A stretch of 12,681 bases of DNA, taken from assembly GCA_043801595.1 (NCBI GenBank), contig JAZDLW010000024.1:1-12681 (forward strand), given 5' to 3'. Made by a program: the position numbers and the translations under genes. The notes below the pieces were generated by a model. The model was not told the DNA's origin, searched no databases, and saw only the letters and a program-made list of their open reading frames with translations. Positions 7,505 to 12,681 of this stretch are shown one piece after another (positions within the stretch are counted from its first letter, which is position 1; the number at the start of each line of letters is the position of its first letter). The stretch is from Candidatus Aenigmatarchaeota archaeon (GTDB lineage Archaea > Aenigmatarchaeota > Aenigmatarchaeia > JACPZZ01).

Positions 7505-7526
7505 ACCGAAGAATAACACAGTCAAA

Positions 7527-7534
7527 TATTTAAA
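7527..7534 (-). promoter_or_regulatory. Archaeal TATA box (TTTAAATA) for the 288-aa hypothetical gene
   Basis: Consensus TTTAAATA in the 40-nt intergenic gap, ending 22 nt before the ATG at 7504. Confidence 0.65.
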
Positions 7535-7544
7535 CTGCGCCGTC

Positions 7545-7994
7545 TTATCCGCTGTGCGCCAAGCGTTTTCGCACATTACCTATGTTTTCCGTGCAAATCC
7601 ACGCAGCCATTGCGCCAAACCCAGCCTTGTCTATTCCAAACGGCTTTATGTGTCTGGCGTTTTTTAGGAAAACCAGAACGCAATACTTCTTATTTTTGAA
7701 CATGCTACGAAACTTCGGAATGTCGCATTTCTCAATTCCGCCGTCTTTGCCGTATTTTGCCAATATTTTTGCAACCTTTGACCGGCTAAGATTTTCAATA
7801 TTGACAACCCTGTCCACCCTGGTGCGAATTTTGACAGGCTCGCCGCTGTTCTTGAAATAAACAATATCGTTTTTGCTTACCTTTTGCCACGGAACTGTTC
7901 TTTTCGAAAGCCACCTTGACTCTATCTTCTTCCGTCCGTCCAGAATTTTTTCAGTCAGGCCCCATTCTTTTTTCATTATTGCAATGTGGTCCAT
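7545..7994 (-). CDS. ASCH domain-containing protein (PUA-like superfamily)
   Basis: True start is the ATG at 7994: MDHIAIMKKEWGLTEKILDGRKKIESRW. Contains the ASCH GxKxxExR motif followed by NDIVYFK. 149 aa. Confidence 0.85.
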   Translation of the reverse strand: MDHIAIMKKEWGLTEKILDGRKKIESRWLSKRTVPWQKVSKNDIVYFKNSGEPVKIRTRVDRVVNIENLSRSKVAKILAKYGKDGGIEKCDIPKFRSMFKNKKYCVLVFLKNARHIKPFGIDKAGFGAMAAWICTENIGNVRKRLAHSG

Positions 7995-8078
7995 TTTAAA
8001 TCTATTTAAATTCCGCAAAATAAATAATCTTAGATCAGAATGGAAAAAACCACGTATCCGGCAACTTGGAAGACGTTT

Positions 8079-8184
8079 TTGACAGTCAATAATATGTCCA
8101 TTTGCCGATAAACGCCGACAAAATTTCCCTGATCTTGAATTTTTTCTTCCCTGTTGGTCTTCTGGAAAAGGCGAATTTTTTCTT
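8079..8184. repeat. Cluster of short repeats in the divergent intergenic region (candidate operator sites)
   Basis: Palindrome TTGAC-A-GTCAA (8079-8089), tandem GCCGATAAA/GCCGACAAA (8104-8112, 8114-8122), and exact 12-bp direct repeat GAATTTTTTCTT (8137-8148, 8173-8184). Confidence 0.5.
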
Positions 8185-8217
8185 GGTGTGGTTAACCGCT
8201 GGTCAGGATGTGGTAGT

Positions 8218-8550
8218 ATGAACCAAACAGCGTTTGGCGTTGCGAAGACGGAAGAACTTGCATCGCTCAAGAACCGCGTTGCGGACCTTGAACGAATGTT
8301 AAGAAGCGCCTCTATGCTGCGGTTGACGCAGAAAAAGAGGATTATCCTGAACGAGGTTGAAAAGATGTCTGGAAAAAAGACATTTACGTCAACCGTAGAC
8401 GCAGTTTCGAGAAACCTATCCATACCCTATTCGACAGTGAAATGGAACATGATGAAGATGCGTTCTTGCGGGCTTTTAGACGCCAACATCAGCATGCCGG
8501 TAACCGTTACAGAGGCGGGACGGATTGCGATACGCTTGAGCGAGGCGTAG
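8218..8550 (+). CDS. Winged helix-turn-helix protein with N-terminal coiled coil (putative transcriptional regulator)
   Basis: ATG at 8218 is preceded by GTGGT. Coiled coil EELASLKNRVADLERML, then a wHTH pattern LTQKKRIIL...VSRNLSIPYSTVKWNMMKMRSCGLL...VTVTEAG. 110 aa. Confidence 0.8.
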   Translation: MNQTAFGVAKTEELASLKNRVADLERMLRSASMLRLTQKKRIILNEVEKMSGKKTFTSTVDAVSRNLSIPYSTVKWNMMKMRSCGLLDANISMPVTVTEAGRIAIRLSEA

Positions 8551-8597
8551 TATACGAACCATCTTCGGCATTAATCGATTTAAAACACAAAAACAAG

Positions 8598-11249
8598 ATG
8601 GTTTTGAGCGATATGATCCCGAACAACGAAAAAAAGTGGCAGAAATTGTGGCAGGACAGGAAAATATTCGAACCTGTCGCAGGCGCTGAGAAGAAGTTTT
8701 TCTTCACTGTGCCATACCCGTATACAAGCGGTACGCTGCACGTAGGACATGGCCGTACGTACACGCTAGGCGATATAACTGCCCGCTTTATGCGGATGCA
8801 GGGTTTTAATGTGCTGTGGCCGCTTGCGTTCCACATAACCGGTACTCCGATACTCGCTATATCAAAACGCATCGAAAACAACGATAAAAAACTGATCAAA
8901 GAGCACGAGGAATACGTTTCGCTGCACGACCCAAACAAAGCAAAGGAAATTGTCGCTGGTTTCTCTGACCCGAACAAGGTTGCGAACTATTATTCGTCTG
9001 TCATAATCAAGGACATGACAGAACTAGGCTGTTCGATAGACTGGCGGCGCTCGTTCACAACAGGCGATAAAATATACAACCAGTTCATAAAATGGCAGTA
9101 TTACCACCTCAACAAGCTGAACTACCTGAAAAAAGGCGAACATGCGGTTTTTTACTGTCCTGATGACGGAAATCCTGTCACAACCGACGATGTGAAAGGA
9201 GGCGATGAGTTCTCGATGACGATCGAGAAATTCTCGCTGATAAAAGAAAAATTCGGCGACGGATTTATCGTTGCAGCCACACTAAGGCCGGAAACCATTT
9301 TCGGAATTACAAACATATGGGTAAACAAGGATTCACAATACGTGAAGGCGGTTGTAAACAATGAAATTTGGTACGTATCCGAAAAAGCCGTTGACAAGCT
9401 AAAAAACCAGGGATTTGAAACCAAGATAATCGAACGCATGAAAGGAGAAAAACTTATTGGAAAGGACGCGGTAATACCAATCGTCAACAGGGACGTACCG
9501 ATATTTCACTCGTCCTTTGTTGACGATGATGTTGCAACAGGCGTTGTTAATTCTGTGCCTGCGCACGCGCCGTACGATTACGTTGCGCTGAAATCGATCA
9601 ACAAAACGATTAAACCCATTTCGCTGATAACGGTTGACGGCAAAGACGCGACTGCGATAACGACATGCGAACAGATGGAAATAAAATCGCTCGAGGAAAC
9701 GGAAAAACTTGAAAAAGCGACGAAAGCCGTGTACGCAGCCGAATTTTACAAGGGCGTGACGAATAAAAACTGCGGTTCGTTCTCAGGACTGAAAGCCAGC
9801 GATGCGAAAACAAAAATATACGACGAGCTGCTTCGAATCGGATCTGGATCGGCAATGTATGAAAACGCGAGCGCCGATTCCGACGGAAAACCGATTAAAA
9901 CGATAATGTGCAGGTGCGGGGCGACTGTTGTTGTGAAAGTTATAAAAGACCAATGGTTTCTGGATTATTCGAACGACTACTGGAAAAAGATAACCAGAAA
10001 GCTTCTCGGAAAAATGGAGATAATACCCGGCGTATATAGGAAAAATTTCGAGGATACCATTGCGTGGCTCCATGAGTGGGCGTGCGCGCGGCACCGCGGG
10101 CTCGGAACAAAGTTACCGTACGATGAAAAGTGGATAATAGAATCGTTGTCCGACTCGACGATTTACCCGGCGTTCTACACAATAGCGAACGAAATAAAGA
10201 AGAATAAGATCGATCCAGAAAAATTAAACCTAGAATTTTTCGACCACGTGTTTCTCGGGAAAGAGGATGAAAATCATGCAGCGAAATCTACGGGCATAGA
10301 CAGGAAAATCATAGTCGAGGCGCGAAAAGAGTTTACATACTGGTATCCGCTCGACGAACGAAGAAGCGCGCCCGCCCACATTCCGAACCATCTTACGTTT
10401 TTCCTTTTCCACCATGCTGCGATATTCCCGGAGACGCTATGGCCGAAGCGGGTCTCGATAAACGAGCTGCTGATAACGGAAGGCAGGAAGATGAGCAAGT
10501 CGCTCGGCAATGTCATACCTCTCGTATCCGCAATAAGGAAACACGGCGCTGATGCGATACGACTTTATCTATCTTACGCCGCCGACGCGGCATCGACGCT
10601 TGACTGGCGTGAAAACGAGGTCGTGAATGTAAAATCAAGGCTGGAAAAATTTTACGACCTGATACAGCGGAGTGCGGAACCGGGCGCGAAATCAATGACG
10701 GGCAAATGGCTTGTTAACGAATTCGAACAGAACCTCAAAACCGCCGAAAAAATAATGAAAGGATATGGGTTCAGAAATTACATCCAGAAAATGTTTTTTG
10801 ACACGCTGCGAAATGCGGAAAATGTCGTAAACAGAACCGGCGATTACGGAGCGATACAATCGATCGCGCAAAACTGGATCCTTGCGCTCTCTCCGATAAT
10901 ACCGCACATATGCGAAGACCTTTGGAAGGGCGGCGGGCTTGTTTCAACGCAGCGATGGCCGACTGCCAAGGATGTTGACCGCCATTACATCGAGCTCGAA
11001 TTCATGTTCTCGACGCTTCTGAAGGATCTTAACCAACTGCTGAAAATAGCCGGCGCAAAGAAAAACGCATACGTGTACGCAAAAACAAAGGATGAAAAAA
11101 TATACATAAGCGAATCGATTGATTACATCAAGAACGCGCTGAACTTTAGCAATGTTATAGTTTACGGTCCGGATGACAAGGATGTATACGATCCCGCCGA
11201 CAAGGCGCTGAAAGCGAAAACTGGAAAACCCGGGCTTTACCTGGAATGA
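8598..11249 (+). CDS. leuS: Leucine--tRNA ligase (archaeal/eukaryal type)
   Basis: PYPYTSGTLHVGH (HIGH), KMSKS, CP1 editing motifs ATLRPET and TGVVNSVPAHAPYDY, IESLSDSTIY, and C-terminal GKPGLYLE. Start is the ATG at 8598 (883 aa) or 8613; the ORF-track start at 8442 overlaps the wHTH gene. Confidence 0.97.
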   Translation: MVLSDMIPNNEKKWQKLWQDRKIFEPVAGAEKKFFFTVPYPYTSGTLHVGHGRTYTLGDITARFMRMQGFNVLWPLAFHITGTPILAISKRIENNDKKLIKEHEEYVSLHDPNKAKEIVAGFSDPNKVANYYSSVIIKDMTELGCSIDWRRSFTTGDKIYNQFIKWQYYHLNKLNYLKKGEHAVFYCPDDGNPVTTDDVKGGDEFSMTIEKFSLIKEKFGDGFIVAATLRPETIFGITNIWVNKDSQYVKAVVNNEIWYVSEKAVDKLKNQGFETKIIERMKGEKLIGKDAVIPIVNRDVPIFHSSFVDDDVATGVVNSVPAHAPYDYVALKSINKTIKPISLITVDGKDATAITTCEQMEIKSLEETEKLEKATKAVYAAEFYKGVTNKNCGSFSGLKASDAKTKIYDELLRIGSGSAMYENASADSDGKPIKTIMCRCGATVVVKVIKDQWFLDYSNDYWKKITRKLLGKMEIIPGVYRKNFEDTIAWLHEWACARHRGLGTKLPYDEKWIIESLSDSTIYPAFYTIANEIKKNKIDPEKLNLEFFDHVFLGKEDENHAAKSTGIDRKIIVEARKEFTYWYPLDERRSAPAHIPNHLTFFLFHHAAIFPETLWPKRVSINELLITEGRKMSKSLGNVIPLVSAIRKHGADAIRLYLSYAADAASTLDWRENEVVNVKSRLEKFYDLIQRSAEPGAKSMTGKWLVNEFEQNLKTAEKIMKGYGFRNYIQKMFFDTLRNAENVVNRTGDYGAIQSIAQNWILALSPIIPHICEDLWKGGGLVSTQRWPTAKDVDRHYIELEFMFSTLLKDLNQLLKIAGAKKNAYVYAKTKDEKIYISESIDYIKNALNFSNVIVYGPDDKDVYDPADKALKAKTGKPGLYLE

Positions 11250-11545
11250 TGCGAATGATTTTGGAAAAACTGAAAGCGATTGCAAAAAAATTAAAGCATG
11301 AAATAAGGGTTTACAAGCTTGTCAACGAGGACAAAAGAACGCCGAAAGCCGCGAAGTTTGTTCTCGGCTTTGCGATTGCGTATACCGTTTTTCCCATAGA
11401 CATCATACCCGACTTCATACCAGTGATCGGCTATATTGACGACGTGTTGATATCATTGTTTCTGGTGTGGATAGCGAGAAGGATAGTCCCGAAATATATC
11501 ATGGACGACTGCCGCAGGGAGGCTAAATCGAACAGACGAATTTAA
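11246..11545 (+). CDS. DUF1232 / YkvA family small membrane protein
   Basis: Signature AYTVFPIDIIPDFIPVIGYIDD preceded by DKRTP. ATGA overlap with the leuS stop; alternative ATGs at 11249 and 11255. Confidence 0.9.
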   Translation: MMRMILEKLKAIAKKLKHEIRVYKLVNEDKRTPKAAKFVLGFAIAYTVFPIDIIPDFIPVIGYIDDVLISLFLVWIARRIVPKYIMDDCRREAKSNRRI

Positions 11546-11548
11546 ATA
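11541..11548 (+). promoter_or_regulatory. Putative TATA box (TTTAAATA) for the FKBP gene, overlapping the DUF1232 stop codon
   Basis: Consensus TTTAAATA 30 nt before the ATG at 11579, with an SD-like GTGGT just upstream of that ATG. Confidence 0.5.
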
Positions 11549-11578
11549 CATCCGGCGAAACATTATTGAAGTGGTAAA

Positions 11579-12250
11579 ATGAAAAACGGCGACTTTGTAA
11601 AGATAAGCTATGTCGGGCGCATCAAAGAAACGAATGAAATTTTCGACCTGACCGATGAAGAGGTTGCGAAAAAGGAGAAGATTTACAACCCCAAGGCGAT
11701 GTACGGACCTGTTACGATCATAATCGGAGAAAAGATGATCCTGCCTGCGCTTGAGGATGAAATTAAAAATCTTAAGCCGGGCGAGAAAAAAACGTTCGAC
11801 GTGGAGTTTGAAAAGGCATTCGGCGCGCGAGATGCCCGGTTAATCAAGGTTTTCAACGAGGCTGAATTCCGCAAAAACGACATGAACCCGATTCCAGGAT
11901 TGACAGTTAACATCAACGGGCTGCACGGCAAAGTGCTGTCGAATTCCGGCGGGCGCGCGCGGGTCGATTTTAACCATCCGCTCGCGGGCAAGGCGCTAAA
12001 TTATGATCTCTCCGTTAACGAGATCGTTGAAAAGGACGACGACAAAGCCAAATCAATTTTACAATATTACGCGGGCGTTGCCCCTGGCACAGCGACAGTG
12101 TCGATAGCGGGTGCGCAGGTTACTGTTGCTCTTCCGCCGAAAAATCAGGTTCCGCCGGAGGCCAAAGAAAAAGCCGCCTCTGAAATAATGAAATGGCTTA
12201 CGAACGCAACGAGCGTAAAGTACGAGGAAATTTACAAAAAGAAGGCGTAG
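11579..12250 (+). CDS. slyD: Long-type archaeal FKBP peptidyl-prolyl cis-trans isomerase (SlyD-like, with IF and C-terminal domains)
   Basis: GDFVKISYVG, IFDLT, YGPVTIIIG, EKAFGARD and VDFNHPLAGKALNY. 223 aa including a C-terminal extension. Confidence 0.92.
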   Translation: MKNGDFVKISYVGRIKETNEIFDLTDEEVAKKEKIYNPKAMYGPVTIIIGEKMILPALEDEIKNLKPGEKKTFDVEFEKAFGARDARLIKVFNEAEFRKNDMNPIPGLTVNINGLHGKVLSNSGGRARVDFNHPLAGKALNYDLSVNEIVEKDDDKAKSILQYYAGVAPGTATVSIAGAQVTVALPPKNQVPPEAKEKAASEIMKWLTNATSVKYEEIYKKKA

Positions 12251-12267
12251 ATTTGAATTTGATTAAT

Positions 12268-12681
12268 ATGACGCTGTCTAAAGGCGCGTATTACTTCCAA
12301 ACTGTTCTGAAAGGTCTTGGCCAAGTAATGCTGCAGAACAACAGCGCCACAGGATTACTGTTCCTGCTGGGAATATTTTACAACTCGTGGTTGATGGCCG
12401 CGGGCGCATTGTTGGGCACAATCGCAAGCACCGCAACGGCTTTCTCGTTGAATTACAAAAAGAAAAACATTGAGGATGGACTTTACGGGTTCAACGGCGC
12501 CCTGATAGGAATATCATTGTTGTTTTTCTTCGATGTCCAGATCTTAACATTCATCCTAATCGTGATCGGATCTGCATTTTCTTCAGTAATTATGAATTAC
12601 GCTCTCAATAAAAAATTTCCGGCGTTCACATTCCCGTTCGTGCTATCCACTTGGATATTGTTGTTTTTGATAGCAAGCTTG
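12268..12681 (+). CDS. Urea transporter, UT/Yut family (3'-truncated by window edge)
   Basis: Not in the ORF track because it has no stop in the window. Manual translation: MTLSKGAYYFQTVLKGLGQVMLQNNSATGLLFLLGIFYNSWLMAAGALLGTIASTATAFSLNYKKKNIEDGLYGFNGALIG...FPAFTFPFVLSTW. GxGQV, GLYGFNG and PxxTxPF are UT-family signatures. Confidence 0.9.
   Translation, partial: MTLSKGAYYFQTVLKGLGQVMLQNNSATGLLFLLGIFYNSWLMAAGALLGTIASTATAFSLNYKKKNIEDGLYGFNGALIGISLLFFFDVQILTFILIVIGSAFSSVIMNYALNKKFPAFTFPFVLSTWILLFLIASL

Noticed and set aside
7505..7576. 24-aa longer start for the orphan protein
   Set aside because: It overlaps the ASCH 3' end and contains the TATA box that fits the ATG at 7504.
8035..8171. ORB-like replication origin (TGGAAA/TGGAAG words)
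   Set aside because: There is no proper TCCAnTGGA inverted core or G-string, and no cdc6/orc1 gene in the window.
7995..8423. 143-codon N-terminal extension of the ASCH ORF (292-aa ORF in the track)
   Set aside because: It runs antisense through the wHTH gene and the intergenic repeats and has no protein-like pattern. The ASCH fold starts at MDHIAIMKK (7994), which has an AT-rich promoter-like upstream sequence.
6367..8550. Integrated element (provirus or island) at the tRNA
   Set aside because: No integrase or transposase and no duplicated tRNA half (att site) was found in the window.
8442..8597. Upstream extension of leuS in the ORF track
   Set aside because: It overlaps the wHTH gene in another frame; LeuRS similarity begins at about EKKWQKLW.
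174..11991. Numerous 60-175 aa antisense or off-frame ORFs (e.g. 1000-1515, 5214-5741, 8507-8977)
   Set aside because: They overlap well-supported genes, show no motifs, and are expected shadows of codon usage.
1..12681. CRISPR array, rRNA, SRP RNA or RNase P RNA
   Set aside because: No regularly spaced repeats or hallmark motifs were seen, and nearly all of the sequence is accounted for by CDSs and one tRNA.

Overview
Archaeal genomic window, mostly housekeeping. The evidence for an archaeon is archaeal-type PheS/PheT and LeuRS, a long-type FKBP, a BHB-intron tRNA without encoded CCA, and TATA boxes about 22 nt before ATGs. The compact layout suggests a DPANN-like lineage (inference). Gene order: 5'-truncated geranylgeranyl-reductase-family flavoprotein (+), class I SAM methyltransferase (+), pheS-pheT (+), short 'core' cobalamin-independent methionine-synthase-like protein (-), minD (-), tRNA-Arg(UCU) with a 92-nt intron at 37/38 (-), 288-aa orphan (-), ASCH-domain protein (-), 223-nt divergent intergenic region with repeats, coiled-coil/winged-helix protein (+), leuS (+), DUF1232/YkvA (+), FKBP-type PPIase (+), and a 3'-truncated UT-family urea transporter (+) that the ORF track misses. 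The most notable item is the tRNA intron, which holds two tandem 25-nt hairpins inside a CAAGCT/AGCTTG helix and has an 'empty-site'-like copy of its flanks upstream of the tRNA. Also notable are the minimal methionine-synthase-like enzyme, the ASCH/orphan/wHTH block beside the tRNA, a LeuRS apparently missing a C-terminal helical subdomain, and the urea channel. All family calls come from motif recognition by eye; no searches were run.
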